Shown here piece by piece: positions 10,905 to 22,490 of a stretch of DNA of 64,000 nt (its first letter is position 1; each line of letters opens with the position of its first letter). A program made the position numbers and the translations under genes. The notes under the pieces were generated by a model, which saw only the letters and a program-made list of their open reading frames with translations, was not told the DNA's origin and did not search any database. The DNA comes from an uncultured virus (IMG/VR IMGVR_UViG_3300021256_000096) (taxonomy: Duplodnaviria > Heunggongvirae > Uroviricota > Caudoviricetes), in IMG/VR virus record IMGVR_UViG_3300021256_000096. The stretch is one strand, 5' to 3'.

Positions 10905-11324
10905 TTAGTCTTTCTCATTTATCGTATAGTTCTCCAGACTAAACGTCTTCGTTAATACGTCCAGCAATTCTCTCCAACTATCGTTAGCAAGTTTCTTGAG
11001 ATTCTTTTGTTCTCCGAAAGTGTACTTGGAGTTGACATTGGATGCCGTCAGTTCACGGACGATGAGCCGAATAGCCACAACCAGTTCCTCAACTTTTGAT
11101 GCGTATATAGTAGATGATACGTTCAGTTCCGATGCGAGTCTTTTGATTTCGAATCTGAGATTATCAGTGACGACTTCGACAGTCATACATCTGCAACGTT
11201 CCGAACGATTGATGTTGTCCCATAACATATTCATAAAATTACAAACTTGACATCTGTACTCTGGAAGAGTGTGCGAACCTATAGGAGCATTCGTCCAATC
11301 AATGTTTAATATTTGCATATTCAT
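10905..11324 (-). CDS. hypothetical protein
   Basis: ATG 11324 just downstream of an early promoter. Confidence 0.7.
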   Translation of the reverse strand: MNMQILNIDWTNAPIGSHTLPEYRCQVCNFMNMLWDNINRSERCRCMTVEVVTDNLRFEIKRLASELNVSSTIYASKVEELVVAIRLIVRELTASNVNSKYTFGEQKNLKKLANDSWRELLDVLTKTFSLENYTINEKD

Positions 11325-11339
11325 TGTTTTATATTTCGC

Positions 11340-11414
11340 TGCAAAGGTACGAAGAAAATTCAATATACACAAGCATTTTGATAGATTTCTGCCATATTTT
11401 ATACTTCTTTAACA
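11340..11414 (-). promoter_or_regulatory. Bacteroidota sigma-A-type early promoter module
   Basis: Reverse complement gttaaagaa..aatgcttgtg..tcgtacctttgca (-33 TTG / -7 TAnnTTTG). Confidence 0.7.
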
Positions 11415-11911
11415 ATTTCTTTGATTTTGTAGTGACTTTGAGTGATTATTAGAAATAATCACTCAAACCTTATATAATCAGAATATAGTAAATATGAAAA
11501 ATTCAATAGAAATAAAAATTACATTATATTTCAATTAATAAGTCTATGCTTTTGTTTTTCGTCGTCAAATCGCTCTGCGGACGTCTGCCCGTGCGTACTC
11601 AAGACGCAAAAATTAGGAAAATTTAAGAAACTTTAGCTTATGTTAAATTGTCCAAACATATCCTAAACTTTCCTAACGCTATACGGAACTGAAATGCGGA
11701 TTCGTTATGAAACCAGAGGACGTCAGCCCTCGACTGCTCAGCGTCCCATACAATTTGGTTTCGTAATCAATTCAAATTGCATTTCCATTTTATTCGTCTG
11801 GACGTCTCGAACTCACTGCTCTCCTCCGCACAGAACCCCGATGTTCCCCCGAACTCTCACCGTTCTCCCCGACGTCCGATTTTACGATTCACTATAGATA
11901 AATATCATACA

Positions 11912-13399
11912 ATGAATGACAACAATCAACAAGAGAAGTGGAGAGAGTTGCACGGCATCTCTGAGCACGAAAGAATCTGGGTCAGCAATCTCGGACGTAT
12001 AAAGCGTGTATCTGTAGAAGTTGAAGACCCGTCTACATTCCGCAAACTCACGTACATCGACGGACGTCCGGTGTATGTTGACTCTCTTGTGTTGTCTGTA
12101 TTCGGCTCGGACGAGGACGCTGAGACTCAGTCGGAGTTCAATACGAAGGACATCAACTACAAGGACGGAGACTTAACCAATCTCTCTGTTGACAACCTGG
12201 AGTGGAAGAAAACGTACAAGCGCAAGTTGTCCGGACGTCAGACGAAGAACGACAGCCAGGCAGAACGCCTGGCTTCAATGACTGTGACTCCTGAGATGAT
12301 TCATAACGAATCCTATCCTATACTCACTGCGCAGACTCAGGACGTCAGCACTATACTTCCGGCGTCCCCCGATACATCTGATAGCCCTGTTACTTTAGAA
12401 TCGCTGTAGTGGCAGTTGGATCAGATGCAGAATATGCTGAAGTATATGAATTCGAGATTGTTCGATAAGAACGCAGTATATGATCTTGCTGAAGAGTTTA
12501 CTGAGCGTATGCTTGACGGCGGGAATCTCAGTAATGAGTTGTCTAGGCACAGAGGTGCTGCTTGGGTTCAGTTCATCAACGTCCCGAAGGGTTACGTCAT
12601 TATTAAGACTATACGTCCGGACGGCGGGTTCCGTTATGCTATGGTTCGTGAGCGTGCTTATAACATAGCACAGGAAGTTATGGCTAGGATTAAAGCGGGA
12701 GATGAGAACTGGCGTGATACGTTGCATCCGAGTCCTATAATAGTCACGAATCCCGGTTACAATGCTGACGATTTCTTCAAGGACGTTGACAGAGAGATAG
12801 AGAATAAGATTGAAAGTGGAGAAATATCAGAAGATGATGTCCAAGTTAATGATGATTCTTTGACTATGACCGGCGAGTTCACAGATTATGAAAGACGTGA
12901 GAGTCTCAAGGATAAACACGATCGTGAACTTGCTGAAAGAGCGAATCTTCCTGTAACTGCTGATGAAATTATCAGTGAGATAAAGAAGATAAACGCTGAA
13001 GAGATGCGTGCATTGAAATATAAGCCTGGAGATATAGTGAATGTGAATCTACGTCACGGAAAACCGGTTCTGATTACTGATATGCGTAATATGAGGGAGA
13101 TGTATTGTCCTAGTATGGCTGCGGCAGCTGAATTGTTGGGTGTTACTTATAAGCAGATTGTAAGATGTGTATGGGGACGTAAGCGACAGATAGGTCCGTA
13201 TCAAGTGAGATACAAATATTGGGGTGATGCTATGCACGTTATGAGTGGGATGTATAAGGAGTATATGGAGTTGATACAGAAGCGTGCTGATGACATTGAC
13301 AATATGGAGGACAAGGAGTTTGAGAAGTTGAGTAGGGAACTTGAAGAGATGGAGAAGCAGTAGTAGAAGAGTGGTGAAGATGAGAACGAAGAAGATTGA
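11912..13399 (+). CDS. NUMOD4 / degenerate HNH / NUMOD1-like DNA-binding protein (495 aa)
   Basis: EKWREL..VSNLGRIKR (NUMOD4); INYKDGDLTNLSVDNLEW (HNH with His to Tyr); SMAAAAELLGV (NUMOD1-like). Joins ORFs 11777 and 12416 through TAG 12407 and reads through TAGTAG 13361 to TGA 13397; GATAAATA at 11897. Confidence 0.75.
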
Positions 13400-13614
13400 T
13401 ATTCAGGATTCGTTTTGAATCCTGATTTTTTATTTACAAATTGTGAGTATGAACATTTGATTTTGCTATAAGGGAGAAAATGAATTGAGAAATTTATAAG
13501 TCCTTGAAAATTAATTTGATAATGAAATTAGAAAAATTTTCTATCTGAAAAAATATTTTTTGAAAAAATTTTACAAATTATTTTGTAAGAATAATTTTCG
13601 ATAAATATTTTGTT

Positions 13615-14124
13615 ATGGATAAGCAGAGATTATACGAGAATATAATGCGTGACTTGAGGGACGTCTTCTCTTCTTTGATGAATGAAGATGTCCTGGACGA
13701 TTTGGACAGGATTGATAGCGGTAAGACGTCCGTAGATAAGATTCTCGATATGAGTCCTATTGTCATGCGTCAGGGCGGGAAGTACATAGAGATGCAGTTG
13801 TCTAATGATGAGAACAAGAATGAGATTATGAGGCTTGTTGCTGACCGTTTTCGCTATGGAACGTCTAATAACGATGTGATTAACATCGATGATTTCTTGT
13901 TTGAAGATAGAGAGGGTGAGTACAAGATGTGGTTGTTCGCAGAAAACTTGATGTCTAAACGTTGGTGTAAGGGGCGTATATTTGCTCACGCAGACTTTAG
14001 GACCCACAAACACGTCCGGTGGATTGTATTCGAGAAAGATGAGAGTGACGGAAAGTGGTATGCTACTTGCGGAGAAGATCTTCACGACAGAAGTTATCGG
14101 AGAATCCTAAGCATAAAACAGTGA
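13615..14124 (+). CDS. late protein with LYENIM leader
   Basis: MDKQRLYENIMRDLRDVFSSLMNE; GATAAATA at 13600. Confidence 0.8.
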   Translation: MDKQRLYENIMRDLRDVFSSLMNEDVLDDLDRIDSGKTSVDKILDMSPIVMRQGGKYIEMQLSNDENKNEIMRLVADRFRYGTSNNDVINIDDFLFEDREGEYKMWLFAENLMSKRWCKGRIFAHADFRTHKHVRWIVFEKDESDGKWYATCGEDLHDRSYRRILSIKQ

Positions 14125-14327
14125 AATTTGAATATGGAAATAAAATCAGGAATCATTACGAATCCTGATTTTTTGTTTTGTAGAGAGTTTGATGGGACGT
14201 CCGGGAGCAGCGTGCTGTGCATCCTGATATATACGGAAATATAAATTGAATTCGTAACGAATCCTTTATTTTCGTTTCTTAAGTAGACGACCGTACAACA
14301 AAGACTAATTATCATTTATTATGTACA

Positions 14328-14978
14328 ATGTGTATGATTAAAAACAAATATATTGTGACCGGTTTCAGAAGTGACGGTTGCGAATGTCCTCAGATTGTTT
14401 ATGCTGATTCTGAAGATATGGCTGTGCGTGCGTACAATCAGTACTTCGTGAATGATGAGATTTCCGGAGAGGTAGTATGTGAGTTACCATTTTGGAATAA
14501 AGACGATGAACCAATTATGATGAACGGACATAAGCCCAAAGAAGTCAATGATTACTTATCAAGAGTGACTGACTACGGCGGGGGTGGTATGTACGGAAAC
14601 ATTGACTCTACGTACGTGTTGAGTGATTTGGACGATATGGAAATCTGGCACAGTGTTGATGATGAGTATATGCCTGAGGACTTATGTATTAAGTTGATTC
14701 CGGCTCACGAGGGACGTCCTGGGTATACTCCTTGTGTGTTATGTAAGTTTAATGACGGGACGTTGAAGTTCTCAGCCAGGATGACTATCAATCCTAATAA
14801 TGATGATGAGAAGATTGAGTGGATTGAAGAATGGTCGAAGCGTCAATTGAAGAATGCGAAGTTTAAAGGGACGTCTTATATCCCTGCGTACAGATGGCAG
14901 ATGCCTAAGGAATGGGCTGACAGAGTTGTTGCATGGAGATTCTTCAAAGAGGGCGAGAAGACGAACCAGTATATGTGA
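14328..14978 (+). CDS. hypothetical protein
   Basis: 216-aa ORF followed by a hairpin and T-run at 15002-15037. Confidence 0.75.
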   Translation: MCMIKNKYIVTGFRSDGCECPQIVYADSEDMAVRAYNQYFVNDEISGEVVCELPFWNKDDEPIMMNGHKPKEVNDYLSRVTDYGGGGMYGNIDSTYVLSDLDDMEIWHSVDDEYMPEDLCIKLIPAHEGRPGYTPCVLCKFNDGTLKFSARMTINPNNDDEKIEWIEEWSKRQLKNAKFKGTSYIPAYRWQMPKEWADRVVAWRFFKEGEKTNQYM

Positions 14979-15098
14979 ATAATAGGGACGAAAGATAGTA
15001 AAGGACGTTAGAACTGATGATTCTGACGTCCTTTTTCATTTCTTAGGTCTCTGGTCTGTAGATACATATAATAAAGGAAAGTTTTTAATTTGACAATT

Positions 15099-15689
15099 AT
15101 GAAGTTTAAATTCAAGAAATGTATGTTGATTCCCATTTCGATGATTTTGACAGCATTGCTCGTCTTTGCTATCTGTTATGAGCAGACGCCTGTTGCATAG
15201 GACAAGAAAGTCTGGGACATCAATAAAGAAGCACTCACTGTTAAGAGTGACGATTGGTATGAGATATTATCTGTCATATGTCCGGCAGTGAATGAGAGAT
15301 TCCCTGAGTACAGTTTCTATGAGGCTAGGGGTCGTCTGAAGAAGATTAAAGACGATGATTTGTGGGGTGTGGATCACAACACATTCGTAGCAATCTTCGG
15401 GAATCCATTTATGGTTGCCGGTTGCATAGAGGCGTTCATAGTGAATGATACTGTGAAGTTCAAGTACCAGGACGGACCGTGGGTCGGAACGAGATATATG
15501 ACTCCTTTTGTATTGTGTGACCTGAGCAGGGCTGTTGAACTCGTCCAGAAGAAGGTGAATATATGTCCTGAGAATGATTGGGCTATATTGTGTTTCTCGT
15601 TAAATGACATTGAGCCGAAATGGAGTATTGAGTCCACTACTGAGACATATACGGTTGGTGCATACTCACTGGACGTCGACGCTGACTAA
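15099..15689 (+). CDS. secreted/membrane-anchored hypothetical protein
   Basis: N-terminal hydrophobic segment (MKFKFKKCMLIPISMILTALLVFAIC) in frame with ORF 15288 through TAG 15198. Confidence 0.75.
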
Positions 15690-15827
15690 ATGTTGATGGA
15701 CGTTTGACTGGAAATATAATCAGGATTCGCATTGAATCCTGATTTTTTGTTTCTATAAGAAAGGACGAGCAGCAGTGAGGAGAGGGATATGAGTGCTACT
15801 CGTCCGGGTTAAGGCTGGTTGAAGCGA

Positions 15828-16703
15828 TTATAACTACATCTTTATTGAACCTGGAAGGGATGGATGATGAGTGAGTTTAGCGTTTATTGCTTCGAAGTTC
15901 TCTTGTGTTGTTTCTTCGAGAGGGAAAATCTTGATGAATCTTGTGAAAGGCTCTTCGTAGTGCAGTACTTTTTCTCCTTTCTTATGTATAGAGAATTGCT
16001 TATAAGTCTGCGGAAGATTCTTTCTGATGACTCCCATCAGGATATAGAGTTCTGCGAGCATCTTCTTGAACGTTTTGCGTTCTTCTTCAGAGCCGGTGAA
16101 TGTTGATGTATCGAGTTCTGAGTGATCGTATGGACGGACGTCCTTGAGAATTGCGTAGTAGTGCCTCAGGTCCAGGTAGAGTTTGGAGACTTGCTCCCAA
16201 GGCTGATGGAATGTGTATAGTGTGCCGTCAGATGTCTGGACTGTATATGAAGTGAAGAACTCTGTACGTCCGTTTTCGTCTTCACGAGTGTGCATTTCCT
16301 CAGAGAGAATGCGTTCTCCGTTCTTATAAAGGATGCGGATTGATGCTTCTTTGCAATCGTAGAACTGCTGACGCTGTTTTGAGTTCGTATATTCCTTGCA
16401 TTTCACGTATTTGTTCCACTGCGAGAGGATGAAGATTAAGCGATCGAGCATTTCATCTGTGACAGTGATTTCTTCAGCGTCTTCTTTGTACCAGGGGAAG
16501 ACTGAAAGGATGTTTTCTGTAGAATAATCGTTGTCAAGTGCTGTATCGAGAGCGTCGATGACTTTCTCGTACGTCTTGATATTATTACGACGGTCAATAT
16601 TGTTCCCTTTTGTGAGTGAAAGGAGACCAACGTACTCTTTACTTCTGTCGACCATCATCTTGTGGACGATGTGCAGCTTGTTCATTTCTTCTTGTCTATT
16701 CAT
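15828..16703 (-). CDS. hypothetical protein
   Basis: ATG 16703 after the early promoter at 16729-16803; TAG 15834 reads through to TAA 15828. Confidence 0.8.
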
Positions 16704-16979
16704 AATTCTGATGTTTTTGATTTCTGAGTGCAAAGATAGAGACTTTATTTGAATTGTGCAAGAGAATTGGAGAAAAACTTTCAAAATTTTGCATTCTTTA
16801 ACATTTGGGGGACGTTTAGACTGCGATTTATCATTTTTAGTATAATGCGCACGTGCGTGTATGCGCGGACGTAGGAGAGTAGAGTGCTGACGTCTGGACG
16901 TTTATCCGTTGTATATCTGGATATTCAAATGAAATTCGTATTGAATCCTAATTATCTGTTTCTAGACGTCCTGGAAGCA

Positions 16980-17030
16980 ATATTTGAATATCGGGGGGAT
17001 ATTTAAATATCATATCCATATTTAGATATC
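16980..17030. repeat. ATATTTAAATAT-type palindrome array (3 units, 19-bp period)
   Basis: Units start at 16980, 16999, 17018. Confidence 0.7.
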
Positions 17031-17048
17031 TGGAAAATAAATATTTTG

Positions 17049-17744
17049 ATGATATTGGCAAGTAACATAGATCTTAAAGACATTTACTCTGGATGTCCAG
17101 AATCGCTCCATGACGTTTTCATTTCATTTAGGGAGTGTAATGGACGTCAGAGTGATAGATATTGCGTCCTGGGCGTTCTGAAGAGTCCCAGAGGACTTCA
17201 GATTAGAGATGAGATGCTCTCGTGGTTACTGAGAGAATACAATGTATACTGTGTAGAGCAAGAGATGCCTGGAAAGTTGTTCGAGTATCCCGCATTGAGG
17301 TTCGCTCAGTGGCTGTGTTGTGAGAATGGGTGCGATGATGTGCTCTACGTCCATACAAAAGGTGCCGGACGTCCGAGTGACGTATAGAAGAAGATTAGAA
17401 AGATGTGGGAGATGCAGTTCACTGGACAATGTGGAGAGAAATATCGTGAGATGTTGGGTGAATTCGACGTTATATGTCCTTTATCGGGAAGTTAGGGTGA
17501 GACTTGGTACAACGGAATGCTTATTAGTAAGCGAGCTTTCGAGAATATAGGGACGATACGTCCGGAGAAAGACAGATATGCGTATCAGAGACTGTTCCGC
17601 GGACAGAAAGTGAAAGGGATGTTACGAGAGAATATTGAAGCAAGCAAGTTAGAAGTGTATATGAAGACTCATTCGTTCAATAGAGACGGTGTAAAAGCGA
17701 TTCGTGACTATTCTATGGCATTAGAGTTCGTTAGAAAGAAGTGA
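17049..17744 (+). CDS. putative glycosyltransferase-like protein (YxHTKG motif)
   Basis: FEYPAL..VLYVHTKG; ORFs 17046 and 17517 joined through TAG 17385 and 17493; AATAAATA at 17036. Confidence 0.6.
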
Positions 17745-17813
17745 AGACGTCCGGTTCATTACGAACGAGACGTCTTCTAATGAAATACAAATTAAAAAAT
17801 ATAATAAACTAGA

Positions 17814-18236
17814 TTATTTCTTCTTAAATATGTTCTTCCAACTTATCAGATAGACTCCGTCTTCGCTAATCTTCTGACATTCTTCAGATAGATTGATGAT
17901 TTCGAAGCCGGATTCGCTGAACGGCTTGAATATATCATCTGCGTACTTGCGTATATCATCTTCTATATCAACAACGCAGTGATAAGAACTGTAGTTGACG
18001 ACGTTTTCCTGGGGAGATGGTGCGAATTTAGAGCGGATCATTCTCTTGATGTAGTCTTGCTTATCGAGAATACGTTTCTCTATTGGTTTATAAGTGTTTT
18101 CACCATAGGTTGATTCTATCCAGGCGAACTCTGCGGAGAACGCAGGTTCTTTCTTTGAGAATGGACTTGTGATTTTCTTGAGAAGTCCGTTACTTTCCTT
18201 CTCTTCCAGTTTTGATTTGTCTAAGACTTCACACAT
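17814..18236 (-). CDS. hypothetical protein
   Basis: 140-aa ORF. Confidence 0.75.
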   Translation of the reverse strand: MCEVLDKSKLEEKESNGLLKKITSPFSKKEPAFSAEFAWIESTYGENTYKPIEKRILDKQDYIKRMIRSKFAPSPQENVVNYSSYHCVVDIEDDIRKYADDIFKPFSESGFEIINLSEECQKISEDGVYLISWKNIFKKK

Positions 18237-18480
18237 TGTGTTTGATGATTTAATGATTTGCTGATTATATTGCGGAATTCTGATTTAGTTTTAGAATATC
18301 TAGGATATTTTAGATATTTTAGGATTATCGATTCTAGACTAGATATTGGATTCGTAACGAATCCTGAGTATTTGACCGGACGTAGAAAAACTAAATTGAA
18401 AAATATATGTAAAACGGACTACACTTTTAAAAATTTGTAGTACTTTTTACCTTAGACGTCCTCTGAATAAATACTATGTT

Positions 18481-19548
18481 ATGACGAACAAAGAGAAGAA
18501 CGCTCTATACGAGAGCATAATGAATGAAGTCGAGTCTTTATTGGAAGAGAAAATAAAGGGACGTCCGGTGAAGTGGACTCGTGATGCGGTTGAAGCATAT
18601 CTTGAAGAACGTCCGGACATCAGGACGCCGAGTGACTTGTACAGTGACAATCTGAGCATATATACGGCTGCGAAGAGACAAGGGTTTCTGGATGATATAT
18701 TTGTCAATAAACGCTCTAAGAAGAAAGGGGGACGTTACTGGACGAAGAAGACGATTCAGAACTATCTGAATAGACATCCTGAGATTACTACTCCATATAT
18801 GTTATAGCAAGCAGAGAAAGGTGCTTATATGGCTGCTTATGAAATGGACATTCTCGGAGAATTGTTTCCAGAGAACACTCGCAGGCGTCATCACGAATTT
18901 AAGCGCAGCAGTGATGAGTACGCCAGGAAGATTGCTATGAAAGATATTCAGGCAGAACTAAGGCAGAATCGCAAGAAAGGAATGGCTGATATAAATTATC
19001 AATCTGATACAGACAAGCAAATGGAGGATTTGTGGTGGCCGGATGATGAGACGTTAGAAGATATGTTCTTTTGGCGTTGCTTTGAAATAGACGCAAAGAG
19101 AAAATATGGGGTTTTATTCAAAAGACATCTGAATGTCGATGAAGATTTCGATAAAAACAGATTTCTTAAGAGAACGCTTGGAAAATATTTCTGTTCAAGT
19201 CGTTTAAATGCAGAGGACGAGTCTGACAAAAACGTATTCACCGATGAGACACTGAGCGATGAGAAGTTCCAAGCTTTGTATAGGAAGTTCTTGGTATACA
19301 ATAAACCCATTGATGAGAAGATTTGGACGCTGAAGCAGTTCTTACATATGTCCGTTATGAAGTTCTTGGGCAAGTTCGATATGCTCGGTCTTCCTCAGTA
19401 TGATGAAATTGAACCGGAGTTCCCAAATAAACTTCAGAAGACTAAGTTCTATAGGGATAAACGTGAAGAAGTTAGGGATTAGTTTCCAGACGACTTCGAC
19501 TTTGATAAAGCATTGTCACTGGACGTTGATGACGATGATGATTACTGA
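18481..19548 (+). CDS. late protein with ALYESIM leader (355 aa)
   Basis: MTNKEKNALYESIMNEVESLLEE; two WT..Y...P.I.TP..L repeats; TAG 18805 and 19480 read through; AATAAATA at 18466. Confidence 0.8.
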
Positions 19549-19684
19549 TGATAAATGTTTGTTATATATAACAGAAAACCAGGATTCGTAATGATTCCTG
19601 GTTATTTGTTTATAATACTGTATTTATTGCGACTGAACGTTCTTGAAATAAATACATTAAACAAGCATTTAGAACGATTTAACG

Positions 19685-20443
19685 ATGGTACCCGCAAAAT
19701 ACTTTATGAGTAGAATCTCCGACTATCTGGAGAGGAAATACAAGAATATGAAGGATGACAAGAACTCTCCGTTCGACGTCCGATGGAATAAAGAGCATAC
19801 GACTTTTTATGTCTACAACAGAAAGTCTGGACGTCCGATATGTTCAGCGACGCTGAGATTGTCTGACCATTCTCCGTATCTGCCGAACTATATGAACCCG
19901 TCAGCATCTGACTTCAATTATCCATCTGAGAAAGTGAAGCATAACGTGTCTATCGAATTCTACGATCCTAACCATCGGTTCGAGAGGACGACTAATATTC
20001 GGAATTCTTATGATTTCGACGTGGATAGGTATATGTACGCCACGAAGAACCTAGAGAAAGAAGACATCAATAAGATAATCATCAATGCTATGAGTTTCAT
20101 CGAGGATCCGTACAGCAAGTTTGAAGATCCGTTTAAGGACGACCCGAAGAAGAAAGCATATACGTGGCAGGCAAGGGCATATAAGGCGCAAGTCCCATTC
20201 CCGCTTCCGCGTAAGAGCGTATATGACGGCCCGATGAATTACTTCGAGGTTGTTCACGGCCCTTCCAGGAACCACGAATCAGAAAATAACATTCACGAGT
20301 ACATCTTCGTCTGCTATGATGACAACCTGGACGTCAAAGAAGAAGCAGAGAAGTTCATTAATTCGGAAATGAGGAAGCGTCAAATGTACGAGAGCGTGAT
20401 GCGGGAGATTTCTGTGATAGTCAAGAAATAGATATTCAAATAA
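19685..20443 (+). CDS. late protein with C-terminal MYESVM motif
   Basis: Ends RKRQMYESVMREISVIVKK(Q)IFK; TAG 20429 reads through to TAA 20441; AATAAATA at 19647. Confidence 0.75.
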
Positions 20444-20455
20444 TAAAGAGCAGCT

Positions 20456-20758
20456 TTACTTAGGCTGCTCTTCATCATTATCATCGTCGTTTAATAATCC
20501 GGATGCTTCGACTTCTTCTTGTAGTTTCTTGAGTTTAGCGTCCCTCTGTTCGAGTTCTTCGGCAGTCATATATCGGTCGTAGAATACGCACATATGACCT
20601 TGTTCGTCCTTAGCAACGTAGATGTCGTCCAGATTTGCTTCGGGATGTTCTCTCACAATCTTTATGACGAGTTCCTTCAGATACTCTGCGTACTTCATCG
20701 CTGGCATTCCGAGTCCACCGATGATTTCACTTGCTTCTTTCTTTCTTCTTGTTTCCAT
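20456..20758 (-). CDS. hypothetical protein
   Basis: ATG 20758 after an early promoter (tatctttgca on the minus strand at 20774-20783). Confidence 0.75.
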   Translation of the reverse strand: METRRKKEASEIIGGLGMPAMKYAEYLKELVIKIVREHPEANLDDIYVAKDEQGHMCVFYDRYMTAEELEQRDAKLKKLQEEVEASGLLNDDDNDEEQPK

Positions 20759-21044
20759 AACTCTGATATTTTCTGCAAAGATAAACATATTATTTGAGAT
20801 TGCAAAATAATTTAACAATGCTTAACAAAGATTGAAGTATTTTAATACTGTTAAAACTGGTTTTAGCAGACGTTTAAATTATATAAAATTAGGAATTTGG
20901 TTAATTTTGGTTTGGTGAACACGTCCTAAAAACTAGAATCCTACCTATCATAATGCAATTCTGTTGCAAATTAACCAAAATAAATTAGGACATCTACAGT
21001 AGACGTCCTAAAATCATTTTACAATAGTTAATTTCGTTAGGAAT

Positions 21045-21713
21045 TCATTTCTTGAACATCTTGAACCTGGCTGCGTACTTCTCCATCTGCGTCATATCTG
21101 ATTTGATATTGGAAACAATCGCAGGTCTTGCTGTATGAACAGTCTCTATGGGCGTTTCTTTCTCTACGAAGTATCTCTTGACTAACTTTTTCGCATCGAC
21201 TGGCTTCAGTAAATCAATATCATCATCTAATTCACGCTGCTTATAGAGTCTTACGTCCGTAGAATGCGAAATAAGACTATTCGTCGAGCAATTTTCCTCT
21301 CTCGCTTCTCTTGCGAGCAGATCTACGTCAGCATTTCTAAGATAATCCGGACGTTTGCTGTGAGTATGGGACTTGATGCACTCAAGATGCTCTATTAAAT
21401 GCATATTAACTATTTCATCAGCGATAGATCTGTACGGCTCTTTGTCCAAATGATTATGATTAATGTATCTGACAGCAGTATCTGAATCCGTAACCAATTT
21501 GATTTTCGTTTCTGGGTAGTTTTCGCTCACCCAAATGAGTGCTGTACGTATAGCGATGAGTTCCAGGACGCCGGAATTTCCACAATCGTAATCATTCAAG
21601 ACTGAAGTGAAACGTCCGAGACAATTCCCCCTATACCAGACAGAAAAAGCGACGGTTCCTTTAGAATCATCGCCACTCGCATCTGTATAAACGCTTAGCA
21701 ATTTGCTCTTCAT
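21045..21713 (-). CDS. rnhA: ribonuclease HI family protein
   Basis: YTDAS, LELIAI, LVTDS, IKSH, NADVDLLA catalytic motifs. Confidence 0.8.
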   Translation of the reverse strand: MKSKLLSVYTDASGDDSKGTVAFSVWYRGNCLGRFTSVLNDYDCGNSGVLELIAIRTALIWVSENYPETKIKLVTDSDTAVRYINHNHLDKEPYRSIADEIVNMHLIEHLECIKSHTHSKRPDYLRNADVDLLAREAREENCSTNSLISHSTDVRLYKQRELDDDIDLLKPVDAKKLVKRYFVEKETPIETVHTARPAIVSNIKSDMTQMEKYAARFKMFKK

Positions 21714-21752
21714 ACTAATTATACAGACAATCAATCACTTAGTCTGCGTGGA

Positions 21753-22340
21753 TCACCAGGGAGCGCTCTAATCGCATATCACTAGATACTTGCCGTAACT
21801 GAACTGATACATTCCGAACGTCACTGTATGTCCGTTTATCTCTTGAATCATCGCATTTGGAACATATGGAGAGTAGTTGTACGAACGTCCGGTCGCATGG
21901 GTAATGTCCCATAGCATCTACCATCGGAATTTCTCATCATTTTTGGGGTCGCCGGACACATTCTTCTTAGGAATCTTGACCAGAAGGTACGGATCGTCCC
22001 AAGACCACCACAACATATACTCGTGAAGAATCAATCTTGCGTAGTAATTGTCTGTACCCTCGTACAAAAGCACTTCCCATTCGAGTTTTGAGCCGACCGG
22101 CCATCCAGTCGGACCTACAGTAACGTCGAAACCAGTCTTTGTTTCATTGCAGATGCAACTGATGATAGTTTCATCGACGTAGATGTCGTGATTCAAGCCA
22201 GCACGGTCGCTGACAACAGTCTCTTCGTCTAGAGGAACGACTACTTGAGGTCCTCTGAAGTGCATAAATGCCGCATAAGCACCAAAAAGTGCTGCACAGA
22301 CAGCAATGACTGCGAGTGTTGTTTTAAGGAATTTCTTCAT
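21753..22340 (-). CDS. membrane-anchored hypothetical protein
   Basis: N-terminal TM helix; TAG 21918 and 21768 read through to TGA 21753; AATAAATA upstream (22369-22376). Confidence 0.7.
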
Positions 22341-22419
22341 AATGTGTGTTGAATATTTTGATTTTCCTTATTTATTTGAAAAGCAAGGGTGATAACAAAA
22401 TATTGGGATACATATCTTA

Positions 22420-22490
22420 ATATTTGAATATCCGGGCGATATTTAAATATCAGAAAGGCATATTTAAATATCGGAGTCATATTTAAATAT
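22420..22490. repeat. ATATTTAAATAT-type palindrome array (4 units)
   Basis: Units start at 22420, 22439, 22460, 22479. Confidence 0.75.

Noticed and set aside
22420..22490. ATATTTAAATAT arrays and the 35392-35415 tandem duplication as CRISPR arrays
   Set aside because: Repeats are only 12 bp with 0-9 bp spacers, far below CRISPR dimensions, and no cas genes are present.
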